Part shown: piece by piece, positions 14,266 through 27,539 of the stretch | Layout: each line of letters opens with the position of its first letter | How positions within the stretch are numbered: position 1 is the first letter of the stretch | Assembly (NCBI RefSeq): GCF_964204645.1 | Contig: NC_134026.1 | Span: 22,912,150-22,976,149 of the forward strand | DNA from: Tubulanus polymorphus | Taxonomy: Eukaryota > Animalia > Nemertea | Direction: 5' to 3' | DNA length: 64,000 nt | Translations under genes and position numbers: made by a program | The notes under the pieces: model-generated | Database searches by the model: none | Told to the model about the DNA's origin: nothing | What the model saw: the letters and a program-made list of their open reading frames with translations, nothing else

Positions 14266-15257
14266 GTAATTATCATTTGATGTGTACAAACCTTTTTATG
14301 ATAGATTTACTGTAATGGTCACCTGTTATCATGATACATGCGATTCATAAAATGTATGTCTCATAATAGACTGCATTATTCAATTAGTTTTCTCGACTGT
14401 TGTATCCTTTATTGTACTATCTCTAGCATGGTTCCTTCTCAATTGATTTTAGTGGATGATTGTTAAATTAGCGATGGAAATTATATATGGGTGTGAATAA
14501 GAAATGTGCTTGCGATGAAAGGTTCTTGGGTATTAGATCTGTCACGAAGACAACAGAAGTTTGACTGATGTATCTAATTCTGACAACTGAAGCTGTGTCT
14601 ATTTTTTCCGAGTGCACTTGCTACACGTTGATCAAATTCTCCTTTGACTACTGGTGCATGGCTATTATCATTCATTACAATGCCCTGACATTGCTGTAGC
14701 TGTTGTGACTGAGCACCATTTGTCCAATTCGTGTGTCGGAATAATGATGTAGTTTTGCAAAGAAACAACGAAATCCTGTTATGACCAATTCTTGATTTGT
14801 GGCACTTTCGACATGTTGTTTTTAATTATCTGATATCCGTAGATGCCAACCTGTAATATGCATAAATCGTAGTGATCAAGAAGAAACTATCTTATTTTAT
14901 TCGGGATACGATACAACTCCAAATAACGGCCATGTATCTTGCCTTTATGTCGAACAAGATTTGAGATTAAAGTTCGGTTGCATGGTGCGAATATAAAGAT
15001 GACCACGATATTCATTGCAGACCGATTCGCGGTCAATGTTGTAGCTATTTATTGATGATGAAAATACGTACAGTTCATACGAATTACTGGATAGACCCCA
15101 ATGATCCAATATCTGATCATTTAAATGTCTGGACGTGCACGATACTTGCAGGGCGACTCCATTCAGTTTCCTGATTGATATTCATTGGATATGACTAGAA
15201 ATGCATGTTGAGGCTTTTATTGATGAGTTAGAAATACCCGGGTTATCTTTATCCCAT

Positions 15258-15260
<3 letters not shown>

Positions 15261-15335
<75 letters not shown>
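15261..15335. repeat. (TA)n microsatellite, about 37 units
   Basis: Direct reading. Confidence 0.99.
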
Positions 15336-15339
<4 letters not shown>

Positions 15340-16552
15340 TATTTTCGAATATTGAATATTGTCTCGAATATTGTCACCTTCCTTCGTTCATATATCGTGA
15401 AACTTTTGAATTGGTATAGCAGCAAATACAGTTATAGTAATTCAATCATTTAACCATTTTCATCGCGAGTAACTTGTTTTCCATCAAATGTTCATTTGGC
15501 GACGTTGACTTGCTCTTATCTACATCTACGCGCTAAGTAATCATCGGGGATTTGTTGAAATATTAAGGTATTACCTTAATGGAATAAGGCGATTTCATTC
15601 TGAATCCGAGTTTCGTCATCCACTGGATGTTAATTTGTCAGCGATGATGCCTGGTCCCGTTGGAATAGACCGATATTTTTCTCACGTCACCGTCAAGAAT
15701 CAACTCAGGAATTTTTAAAAATGGATGACAAATATTGGCTGTCAGTCTGCGCTAGGTACAGGTATGTTAACTGCTGATTACAGGTGATGTCACCAGCCCT
15801 GGCAGCCAGTTTTTCTGTAGCTTAATCAATTTAGCCGGTTCCTTGACATGGATGAAATGACTGCATCAACGCCGGCATAAATCCAATAGTGGCGTCTTTC
15901 GATGGCACATAACAAGCCATAAAATGAATTAGCAGCGGCATAGTGGATAATGCCAGCATGAGCTAATTTGTGAAAAACGCAGTGAAATGAATGAATGAAC
16001 AAATATTGCAGCTCTAACGAAGATTCTGCCATTTTCGTGGTAAACATCAATTGTTTTTCTTAGTTATTCTCGTGGATGTTGTACCAAATTGCTCTGAGTT
16101 TACCAATCAATCGAAGAAGTGTTGAGTAATGAAGGGGTTTATTTCGATGCTGGGAAAAAGCTCACTGATTAAGCTGTGGATAGATGAAAACAACCACGCA
16201 GTGATTCTTTTTCAAAGATCTCCACGAAAATCGATTTTCAATTTCACAGTACTTGATCTTGAATGCATCATTGCTCTGCACTATGTTATCTGACGTATCT
16301 GTATGTACACTATAATTAAAGTATTTTTGTATCTTAATCACTTCCTCAGTTTGCCCGAAGGCAAAACTTTATTGCTTACTGTTAACAAACTTGGTGAAGC
16401 AAATACATATAAACTTTGTTTATGTCCTGCAGTCATGAAATGTGGAAATGTTGCAGCTTTATCGGCTAACAAAATTCTTCAGTGAGGAGAATGGTCAAAT
16501 CTACTGATACACATTATGTTTCTTTTCATATATCTATTACCAAATATTCATT

Positions 16553-16875
16553 GGCCCCGATCACACATGTGTTTTTGGCCCGTGCTAGATTAAGCCTGAC
16601 CTCAGCCTGTTCGCACACAGGTACCAAATGGGCGCCCATGCCTGTTTGACCCGGGCAAAATTTGGCCCAACCAAAGACTTCAGATCAGTCAGATCATTGC
16701 ATGTGAAGATTTCCTGGTTCCAGAAGTGATTCCCCTTGCTTTGTCACAGCAATGTTTAGTGTCAAGTGAGTAGTTTAAGTGTGAAAGCGTTGTAATTAGG
16801 TGCAGGCAAAATTTGACTTGGGTCTGATCCAGGACAATTCGACCCAGGCAAAATCATCTTCATGTGATTGCGGCT
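16553..16875. mobile_element. MITE family A copy
   Basis: Ends ggccccgatcacac...atgtgattgcggct; internal ggtaccaaatggg and tttggcccaaccaaagac, the latter matching the reverse complement of the 1609 copy. Confidence 0.8.
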
Positions 16876-19364
16876 ATTCACTTGTGATGGTTTCACTCCT
16901 ATTTAGCCAATCAGCAATGCACAAATCATTGAATGTAGTGTCTTATAAAGTAACTCCACAGGCTACTGTGGAAAAATTAATATTTTGTCCTTGAAGACTC
17001 ACTGTGCCAGTAAAACAGCGATTTAAACTGGAGGTATGGTTGGACTTAAGTTAGCATTCTCGCAAAAAGGCTACAACCTCATTACAACATAAGTTGTATC
17101 AAACCTGCACCAATTATACATATTGGAGATATTAGAGGTGTAGATGGAAATAAATGAAAAATGATGTTCAACTGAAAATATCGGCTTTTGGCATTTTATA
17201 TTCCACTTAAACCAATTACTGTTTGCATCAGGCATTTCAGTTGTTATTAGTCAAATGGAATTTCTTTAGGTAATTCAATTTGTTTTAACGAGATTGGTTA
17301 TTGCTGTATACATTTCTGAGCTGATTGCAAGAGGATTTTTGTGAAGATTCATGGATCGTGGATAACTACACTAAAGTGTGATTGATCGAGGTATCCTCCA
17401 AAGCCAGGCACTTTTCAAGACATAGCTTCGGCTGAATTCAAACAAATGTCACCGAAAGATTTCGTGGTTAGCCAGTCGTATAAATTTACATAGCGAAGTC
17501 ACCAATCTCCTCCAGTTTCCGATTTGTTTGATTGGAAATCGCTTGTAAAGAGTCGTATCTCGCAACAACGGGACTTAAGCGAAATCCATGTGCGGGGTAA
17601 ACGGGCGAAACCGTGCAAAATGATGAAGTTGAATCCTGTAGAGGAGAGCAGTTCATATTTCTGTCATATGCCAGACATCAGTCTCCTAAAAGACGCAGCA
17701 TCTCAGCGCTGGCTCAGCGCAGGTGGAACTTGGATATTAATCAATATAACTGCAATACAATCATCGCCAAGAATCTTTGAAAGTAGAAATAAAGATTTTA
17801 TCACTCAAATTTTATGCTTATGTTTATTTTATATTCAACGGGTAGTTTTGAAGTTGAAATGAAGTTTTTTAAGGTACCCATTTTCAAGGGGTCAAGTCGA
17901 TAGTTAAGATAGTTTGTGTTACTTCTTTAACAATTTTTACCACAACCGTTTGATTGTATTTTCTGAATTGTTTTTCATCATTAGATTGTACCATACACCA
18001 TTATGATATGTTTTTATTGGTGGTAAATCTCTAGACAATTTCCAACTTCTCCATATACAAGTTCATGAATTTTACGACTTTGGGTTCATAAAACTCCTGA
18101 TAAAAAGCCATTTGTTTTGGTTTATCAGATGTGAGGATTATAAAAGTTTTGATGAAACAAAGCAGGGTTTTTTACTGTCTATTTCCCGAATACTCGTACA
18201 GGTAAATACTCTATCGGTGCTGTGAGCGCTCTTCACAAAGTCGGTTTCATGTTAAATCGGCTGAAAATTTGTGTTCCTCATTTATTGAGTCCTTTTGAGG
18301 GGTTTCAGATGCAAATTCAGGAGTAACAGCTGATCAAATAAAATCACACATGAAATTATTATGATCGGATTATCCATATTCCACATGTAATCCATTTCTC
18401 TTTGATTTAGATCATCTCACAACAGGGTATATTGATTTATTTAACAGCCTTTAACTTGCTTCCAGGGTTCCTCGTTTATTTTTCCATATTTATCGGGTAC
18501 AGATGATGAGATTGATAAACGATATTATGTATTTCATTATGATGTCAATATAATAAGGGAGGTCACTGGAAAGATATATTATATGGAAAGGCAAAATTGA
18601 GTACACTGATTATTACTTTTTATGAAATAATATGCAGTTTCGATATCTTTTTAAGAACCTAATCATTATAGCTATGATTAGTATCAGCAATACTGTGTTG
18701 TTATGCCCATATTTTATGTAATAAGCCTCGTGCAGTTCCTTTTAAGAGCTCGTGACATTTCAACAGTGCACGTTGAGCCCGTTGTGGCTGAAGGTAATGG
18801 CGGCCTTTTAAAAACTTAGCTTCCGCTCTTCATGTTGCCAGATGAAAGTGTCTTGTCTGCTGAGCTAACATTTCAAGGGGACATACTTTATTTGATCAGG
18901 TTCCTCTGATTTCCCCCGATCACAAAAACTGCATATTATTTACCGAGTATCTTGTTTTCATCGTACAAAGCAATATAAATTTGGTTCGGGTAGTGAATCT
19001 TGTTGCAATCAAGTTTTATGAACGTCTGAAGAATACATGTTGATGAAATGCATGCATATAGCGTGGCTTTTACGTCATCATTTAGATTCAATAAGTATTT
19101 TGCATTACACCACAGCATTGATACTTCTGGAATTGTAATATGCGTTACAGTTTAAAAAACGCTAAAGAAAAAGGAATTCGAACTTATGTTACGAACCTGA
19201 AGAATTATCACAGAAGAAACACACGCTGTGTCAAGACCGAAAAGAATGAAAACTACCGCTGAATCAGATCAATCACAGGATTAGTCTAGGGAGGAGAATG
19301 GGATGATCGTCCTGAAATAGTGCGGAGTTCTGTCATGCGCGTGGTTGTTTTTGTCTTTAGTTTT

Positions 19365-19576
19365 GAGGCAAATTTGGCCCGTGCCTGATTAGCGAGCGCG
19401 TTCACACGCAAATCATTCACTCGCAAATTATTCACTCGATACTCAACAATGCTCAAACAAAGCGAAGTGGATCATTTCTGGTGCTAGTTGAAATTCAAAC
19501 GCAATCATTTGTCTAGTGCTAAAATTTGGCTTGAGCCAAATTTGGCCCGGGCCAAACAGGCTCGTGTGATTGCGGT
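19365..19576. mobile_element. MITE family A partial copy
   Basis: aaatttggccc subrepeats and 3' end ctcgtgtgattgcggt; 5' TIR not evident. Confidence 0.7.
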
Positions 19577-22500
19577 AAATATTAAAAGCCGCTTGTTGCT
19601 GTGCACAATGGTCTCCTGGTTCGTAAACACTTGATTACGGAGACTCTTGGGTGTGGTAGAATACTAAAGATAGAAATATAAGTTAACTCATATCCATAAA
19701 AAGCCTGTTAGATTACATTTTGAAAATATAATTTTAACTAGCTGTATATGCGTGGTCGTGAAAACCGCTCTTAATTAACCACTGAGGCTTTAAGCATTCA
19801 GCATCCTCGGCTCAACAATGCGATTTAAGAAAATCTCAACCATGTGTTACTTTGTGACAGTGGATTTCATCTTTGATCTGCTTGTCTTTCTGTTGACATT
19901 TGAGTCTAAGCTGCCATGAGGCAATTATATTCTTGATGGTATTACTCCAGATCATACTGTCACTGACAGTGATTAGTGAAACGTCTTGTGTGTTGATTGG
20001 GATGCGTGTTGTAAGTCTTAGATTGCTTCAGATTTCGCTCGATTCATTTCATTTCTAGAATCAGACTAACTAGCCTTCGGGGATACAGTCCAGCAATTGG
20101 TAATGGGCTGCATATTATTTTGAAGGAAGACAATTTCGTGCGACGTGGCTGAAGAAACACTATTTTTGAAATCGTAATACCGAGTGAGAATTTCAAAGAT
20201 GAGTGGTATTTATAAATCCCACCCGATTATGGCTGTTAGTCAGTGCTGAAGACGTTGTCGTTTTGTTTCATTAAATCTTCAAAGTTTTAGCGCAATAAAA
20301 TTTTTTAGTGGGACTTACCTATATCTATAGTTGACACGGATTATAGTTGACAGTGTTTTATTCGAATGATAATGAGTGGCATTATAGATGAACTGGTTAT
20401 GTCTTCCTCTCAATGAGGTGGCATTAAGGACTTCAAGCGCTCATCACTTGCACATTTGCCAGTTTTATTGCTGTTTTCCACTGGATAAATCTGTAGTTGT
20501 GAGTTGCTAAGTAATTGCCGGCACTTTCATTGATGCATCCATCACTCCTGACTCCACGTATATACCATCTGTAGGAGCCTTACGAACCACAATCAAATTG
20601 ACCCTCAGTGGTTGATGGGGTGAGTTCAATTAACTGTTGGCTTTGCTGTCAGAAAAAGTAATTATCATCTAGCCATCTCGTAAGGCTTTCTGGGCCATTA
20701 TTTCACATCTTGGCTGGTAAAATGCCAGAACCTGTTTTTCAGATGAATGATGGTGCTTATCAAGTGCAATGGCAAATAAAAATCTCCATATCAGCTCCAG
20801 CAAAAGGTCTAAGGTGACAGCAGATTTGGGCTTCAAAGCACTCTCACAATATAGAGGGAGTTACCAATTATTTCTTATTTTCCTTCTACTGACTTAATAT
20901 GTGTTTTTCGTATTTGAAATGATAAGTGCTCTCTCATTACCAATAAATCTAAGGGTGTCTTTCATATTTCATGAAGTGTTCATTAACGCACTTCAACCTA
21001 TTGCTGATAGCTTAGATAGCATATTCTTCTAGAAGACCTGATAATGTTTTATCATTTTGAGCGAGAACACAGCTTATTTGGCTTTATTTACCATCTTATG
21101 TGCTAATGATAATAGTTATTGTATTTAATTTCTTATCAAATGCTATTATAAAAGATAATCGTGATGACACAATTACTATAAAAAGCATGGAAAATAACAT
21201 TATAAAGGATATCTGAAAAATAGTTCTGTCGATATTCTGGTTACACTCTTCAATCTACAGTTCTTGAATATCTTTAACAATCATTGATTATTGGGTATAT
21301 CATAGACATATATACTAGTTTATGTACATCCATGGTTATAGGGTTCATTACAGAACATATCACTGTTTATTTGATATTGGTTCAAAAAAATCCTGCTACA
21401 TCAAAATCAAACATGCAGATGAAACTCGGTAATGAATTGTCGAATGATTAATGAATAGAGCAATATTTATCCTAACGTGCATCCAGCATATTTATTTTTC
21501 ATCACATTTCCACATATTACAGCCTGGTCATTTGTCTGAGGCACATACATTATCTCGAGTTTTGTATTAATATGACTGGCTTCAAGTATGATCTGTCAAC
21601 GTTAGCTTTGCACTTGTGGATAGAACTAATAGTAATTAATCCACCAGAAACTGCTAGGTGAGTGTTAGGTAATCAACAGGTTGCAATGACAAGGGATTGA
21701 ATAAGCTTGACTTTCACACTCGACAATAAGTCCAGTACAGTTGAATTACATACCTATGAATCTTTATTAATGATAAATAAATCTTTACTTTTCTATAGGG
21801 CGAACTTGTAATTATGTTAGTCAGTTATGCCTGTTAATGAATCTTGGGATAAGATCAACTGGTTTGATTGAAGTATTCCCACCGGGAACAGGTTATATTT
21901 ATTGAGTTTCATGGGCAAAATGTTTGTGAAGAACTTACAATTGCAAACATCTTTCTGAAAAGTTGTATTGTGTGAACCGGGACCATCTATCATATGAAAG
22001 TGACGGAGAATGGTTGATGGAAAAAGTCTCTATAGATTTTCTGACAATCATTGAAATGGAGCGATAAAGCTCGGCTGCTTGATGGTAAATAAAGAAATAG
22101 TCCATTAGAGATCACAAAGTATGGCTGTGTTTCAATGGTGTGATTTTCTAATGATTTTTAAAATTGATCTAGGTAAATGAACCATGCCAGATCGAAGTAT
22201 GATAATCAGTAATAGATTCTATATGCTATCTAACTCTATAAGATTAATTCTGGATTTCTTCTGACTTATATTGTGGAGTTCTCATCTGATTTAACGTATC
22301 TAGGTGTTATCTAACACTAATGACTTTAATTATCAGTAGCTTGATACTGACAGTTGATTGAGACTTGCATCTGATTCATTTTCATGGATGATATTCATAT
22401 CGCGCATATACCGGGTTGTCTGGCAGTCTTCACCATGGCATCTTTAGAAATAATTAGAAATCTCTTGGGATTATTTCATGCCAATTAACGAGTAAGGGTG

Positions 22501-23631
22501 CGTATGGCTAATGAAGCTTATAAAATGTTCATCGCATTGGGAGGATTTATATCTTGACGAAATTCAACTAGAGGCGCACATGTCCTTCAACGTGTCTTGA
22601 TCTTCACCTCAGAGCGTGATAGCTTATGTCACCTAAAAGTGATGATTTACAAGTTGTAATCTATCATTGATAAGAATAAGATAAGTTGTTCTCCGAAAGT
22701 CAGGAGATCGAATTAATGGCATAGTAGGAAATTAGTAAAAAAATAACTGGTAAATTCTTCTACCTTTATTCCTATATTTAATGAGTAATGATAACTTGGA
22801 GGAAAAAGTAGTGTGATTATAGTACCATTTATGGTTTATTTTCTAAATATCATGAGAGAATCCGTCAATATATTGATAATCACAGGACGCCCGTTTGGAC
22901 TATTTGGTGCTGCCCTCTCTTGCTATATGGCTGAACTATCTCTGACTGTATAATGTATCATTATCTAAACAATAATCTGTTGATATCTGTGCCCACTCAG
23001 CTTAACAGATTGATCCTAGTAAAATAATGATAAGTCATCAGGAATTTATGAAGCATAGATGCGTTCAGTTGTATTAAATGAATATTGCGATGAACATTGA
23101 AATCCATAACAAAAAAGTGATACAGTTAACAGCTGAATGCTTAAGGCATTATTGTTATCATTACCTTCCTAGATATTCCTTGATCATGAGCCCCGAGGCA
23201 CGAAAAAAAACCCAAGAAATTCAATCTAAGATTTTCAGAAGACGATATGCCTGTGATTGATGCATGACACAAGCAGAACTTCTGCAATCATACTTCTCCT
23301 GCATCTAATCACTGATAATGCAGTTTTCTTGTATTGTACTGGCGCATCTTGCAAATTAGTAAACAAATGATTGAAGGACTCGTTGAAAATTCTCTGAGAG
23401 GCTGTCGTTCAATTGTGAAATTTTGCAAGAGCATTATTGATTTCTTTTCCAATGGGAAAAGTCAGATGGATGAAAAATGTATTATCAGGAAAACTTTCAT
23501 CTTGCAGTTGATATTGAATTTGTCATTCAATTTCAGTATGGAGATTTTGCGCAGTTGCCAATTAGCATTTTTTATTTGTGTCAGCACGAGAGCAAATGAA
23601 AAGATATCATGAATTGTGAGATCCTTGTGTT

Positions 23632-23687
23632 TTAACTAAAATTTCTTTTATTCTTACGTCGTTTTCTTGTTCTCTTTCCAGGTATGT
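23632..23687 (+). other. Candidate recursive splice site, junction 23681/23682
   Basis: ...atttcttttattcttacgtcgttttcttgttctctttccag|gtatgt; ~40-nt polypyrimidine tract and ~59 nt with no AG. Confidence 0.65.
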
Positions 23688-24893
23688 ATATCATTTGAAA
23701 ACTGGGTTTTATACCAAAACTGCATTCGTAAGTAAACGCATCAAGTTTGTCACCAATCTGTGCTGATTTCTATCCCTTTTTCTACGTCTTTGATTCTTTT
23801 TTATTAACCAGATAATCATTTCGATTTTTCAAACTCTAGCATTTAAGAACTTGCATTATATTGTGGGCGATATTCACATGACACCTGCCTGTGAGCAAGT
23901 TACACCTAAATATCTTATTCATTAATTCAATTTCAAAGCTGCATAATAAGCTGCTATTGAATTAATTTCTAACGTAATGTCTGCTTGAACAGAATCCGAA
24001 GAGAGAGCGGGAGTCTGATTCACTTCCCCGCTGAAATGAAATCTTTGTATTCGCTCAAATTACGGCATCCATTTGTGATACATGAAATTATCGTAATTCG
24101 GATAAGGATTAACGTTAATTTCGCCGATGTTTGGTTGAATAAGCTGCTCCCGAGTAGGACTACCCATAGCGTAATTTTTTTCTAATTAGATGATCGTCAT
24201 TACGCATCTGTGCGCGGTATTTTTCCATACAAGGCCTCATCAACACGACGCACTCATCAATATTTCAAGTGCTAATATGATGTTTAGTATATAGCCTGAT
24301 ATCGGAAAAATAATTGATTGAAACGGACGTGCACGTACGTTGAATGAAACGCCGACAACTGATGAAACAAATTTATGCGCCTTTATATCGATGTTCAATG
24401 ATGGGCATGTTTATTTTCAATGAATAGGTGGATAAGCTTATTTCCACCGCGCACGATTCGGCCGCGTGAAAAAAAAGGCGAAGCGCAAAAATTACCACAG
24501 TAACGTGGCCAGTTCTGATGTAGGGACGACGTGACTGTTTTTTCATTGCTCTTCGTGTTTTATCGGGTTGTCTTCATTTTTTCTATAATAAGCAGCTGTG
24601 CCGTACCTGTTACATGGATTATAGTCATTATAATTGCGGGTAGGGGGTGCATAAAGTCGGTTTTGTTATTTAAGTGTAGGTATGTGCATACTGCAGGTAT
24701 CATCGTTTATCGATATTCATATATACATATGCATATCGCGTCATCACTAATTGCCTATTTCGATTCATTAGTGCTTTACGGAACAAGCACGAAGAGTGAT
24801 AGCTATTAGTTTTACACGGGCTCTTAGATAAAAGAGCTGGTGTTTTGTCAATTCAATTGATTAGCTCAACTAATAATACTTACAAATCTTAGC

Positions 24894-24928
24894 ATATATA
24901 TATATATATATATATATGTGTGTATATA
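24894..24928. repeat. (TA)n(TG)n microsatellite
   Basis: Direct reading. Confidence 0.95.
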
Positions 24929-26259
24929 AACATATAAATCTTTTCGGAAAAATTTATAATGTTTGCCGGTGGTGCAGTACGTAAGGGAGCTGGTCAACAT
25001 CAGCCAATAAAACGTATGTACACATTAACAGTTTTTTTTTACCATTCTCTTATTGGGATGTTCTTTCTCTCTCTTTCTTTCTCACTGGCTCTCATTATAT
25101 TTTCTGAAGCAGTTCTGATTATTCTGCCAATTCTTCGAGATGCAAAATTTCATTTACCGATTCATCATCCTCTCTTTGATGTATTCGTCATTACGGGTAT
25201 CACACGCTAGTCGCAGCACTTTCATCATCTCCTATAATTTGACTAAATCTAAACGTGACTCGGGTGAACGCTGATGTCGAGCTGCTGATTTTGCGTGTAT
25301 TGCACCGCAGGCGTTCAGAGGTCTTACGATGCAGCGAATTCCACAGAGGTGGCGCAAGATTTGATGTTACTGTGGCTGTTCGCGATGGCCACCATCTTTA
25401 TATTTTTCGCTTAATTGGCTTTTGGGGGGAAATGAACTGATAATTTCATTTCCTCAAGATTGGCTTGATCAATGTTTCCGACTTCGTTAACAAATTAACT
25501 TAGAACTCGAACAATATATCCTATAATTATACTCAAACATTGTGTAATCTATCTAGTGTCAATCAGATTTCAGTGACTGTCATGGGCAATAAGAGTGTAG
25601 TTTAAGTTCGGCCAAACTTCCTTTGGTTTGGAGACCTGTAAAACTATCGCACTTCTTATCAATTCAGTCATTAGCTGTATTACTTTAGGGCGTATCCCAA
25701 TTTCAATATAGCATCTCCTGATCATGCAGTGGTTTAATATTATCAATTATCACATATGTATTACTGTTATATTGAGTTCCCAATAAGAGTATTCAATAAG
25801 TCATTAGCTATAATTAGATATACTGTTACTACACTGCTACTGTACTATCTCTAGTCCAACCTGATAATTTCTATGTACATTTTTGTATTGTTCAGCAAAA
25901 GGGATATAGCCAATGTGCAGTGAATGACTAAACTCTGTAAATGTTTAATTATCAATTATGTGGACGCTGATATTTGTGACTGGGCTTCCATCTATTTCCA
26001 ATGGACTGGTTTCAACGGATGTGACCACTTAAAGGGTGAATTGTATGTTTTTTGATCATACACTAGAAATAACCTAATGAATTTTGGTCATCCTACATAT
26101 GAAATATGAATAGTTCCAGTTTATGACTCAATATATTGTTCTCATATATTTTCAATATCATTTTACAGCACTGAATTATTCAAACAGCTCTGGTTACTTA
26201 GTAAACAGTAATTATTGATGAATTTGTGTCATCTGGATCATTTTCAATTACAGCCTCAT

Positions 26260-26347
26260 AGTAATTGTATAAATGGGCTTTCATTCGAGAGATCGAGCCC
26301 ACTCTCCCTCTCAACCTCTGATATGAAAGCCCATTTATAAAATCACT
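26260..26347. repeat. Left terminal inverted repeat, itself an imperfect palindrome
   Basis: agtaattgtataaatgggctttcat...atgaaagcccatttataaaatcact; its reverse complement aligns to 27540-27631 with two small indels and a few substitutions. Confidence 0.95.
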
Positions 26348-26552
26348 ACATCCGGTTGGAATGAAACCATCCATTTATTTAAGAAAAAAAATTAAAAAAT
26401 TAATGAATATTTAATATTTTATAATCATTTTTAAAATATTAAACTTTTGTATGATTAAATCAAATAACAATTAAACTTACTGTCTAACAGTTATTCATTA
26501 ACTAATTTCTCAATGTTTTAACTATTATATATTTGAAACATACAGCTTAATC

Positions 26553-26858
26553 TTATTTCAATATAGAATTATTATTCTTTTCATATTTGATATGTTTAAT
26601 TGTCTGATAATGTTTTGATTTATGTGATCTTAAATATTTACCTCCACAATAACAATGCACTTTTTCATTAGGATTGAATTTTCTAAATTCATCATCTAAA
26701 TTACATTGAATTCCAATTTCTTTATAAGAATTATTATTAAATGATTCACATTGAATACCAATATTTGATAAATTTTCACTATAAATGATTTGTTTATTAT
26801 TAAAATTGTCTATAAAATTGTCTATATAATTGTCTTTTTTCAATTCTAAGTTAAACAT
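26553..26858 (-). CDS. Hypothetical 101-aa protein with C-terminal CxC-H-H zinc-finger-like motif
   Basis: EKVHCYCGGKYLRSHKSKHYQTIKHIKY resembles the CxCG-x8-H-x5-H module I recall from Polinton-like and large DNA virus ORFs; contains IGIQC twice; overlaps the upstream ORF by 8 nt. Confidence 0.7.
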   Translation of the reverse strand: MFNLELKKDNYIDNFIDNFNNKQIIYSENLSNIGIQCESFNNNSYKEIGIQCNLDDEFRKFNPNEKVHCYCGGKYLRSHKSKHYQTIKHIKYEKNNNSILK

Positions 26859-27186
26859 CTTTAGAAAGTATTAAATCACTATCTCTTTCATTAAAAGGAG
26901 TTTGAAGAATATTCATTATGTTTTCATCTAAAGTTCCTTTACAATTTAAAACTGTATTAGATATTTTAGGATTTTTAGCACCATTATCTAAAGTATCTAC
27001 TAGTTCAGTAATTAAATATGTTTCATTTGAAAATATTTGATTAATCATAGTAATATTATCGATTTTATATTGTCTTCCATACACTAAATTTGTTGCTGAG
27101 ATATAATTTTTAATGTTAAACTGTGAAAATGATTTATTGGTTTCATTGATTTCGATTTTGAATTTCGGTTCTTCTTCTTTCTTCAT
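26851..27186 (-). CDS. Hypothetical 111-aa protein of the inserted element
   Basis: Uninterrupted ORF in very AT-rich DNA where stops are frequent by chance; start context TATAAAAATG; K/N/I/E-rich composition; no family recognised. Confidence 0.65.
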   Translation of the reverse strand: MKKEEEPKFKIEINETNKSFSQFNIKNYISATNLVYGRQYKIDNITMINQIFSNETYLITELVDTLDNGAKNPKISNTVLNCKGTLDENIMNILQTPFNERDSDLILSKDV

Positions 27187-27212
27187 TTTTATAACAAAAC
27201 TTTTATCAAAAT

Positions 27213-27465
27213 AAATCTAACTCATTCAAATATAAATATTCAATGTTAAAATATGAATTATTTCACTCACACTTTACTCACACTTTTAATGTTTAAAAAT
27301 CTAACTCATACAAATATAAATATTAAAATATGTTTAAAATATAAACTATTTCACTCACACTTTACTCACAATTTCATATTTAAAAAATCTAATATTAATC
27401 AACTCGTTAATTACTCGTTACTTTTCTAAAATATGAGTTATTTCTCACACTTTACTCACACTTTT
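27213..27465. repeat. Three degenerate ~85-90 bp tandem units upstream of the element ORFs
   Basis: aaatctaa at 27213, 27297 and 27385; each unit carries the core tattt(ca)ctcacactttactcaca. Confidence 0.9.
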
Positions 27466-27539
27466 ATAATTAATATATAATTTATTTTGAAATATATAAA
27501 ATTCATGTAAATAATGTTAATTTATATGAAATTATTAGG

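Noticed and set aside
15201-15453. ORFs with YIYIYI runs (also 31053-31421)
   Set aside because: Translations of (TA)n microsatellites.
17255-17275. tttctttag|gtaatt as an additional ratchet site (also ttttttag|gtatgg at 41391)
   Set aside because: Short pyrimidine tracts and weaker donors; compatible with background in AT-rich DNA.
21640-21663. Consensus donor CTAG|gtgagt
   Set aside because: No ATG in the phase-1 frame before an upstream stop and no polypyrimidine tract; shows that such donors also occur without coding exons.
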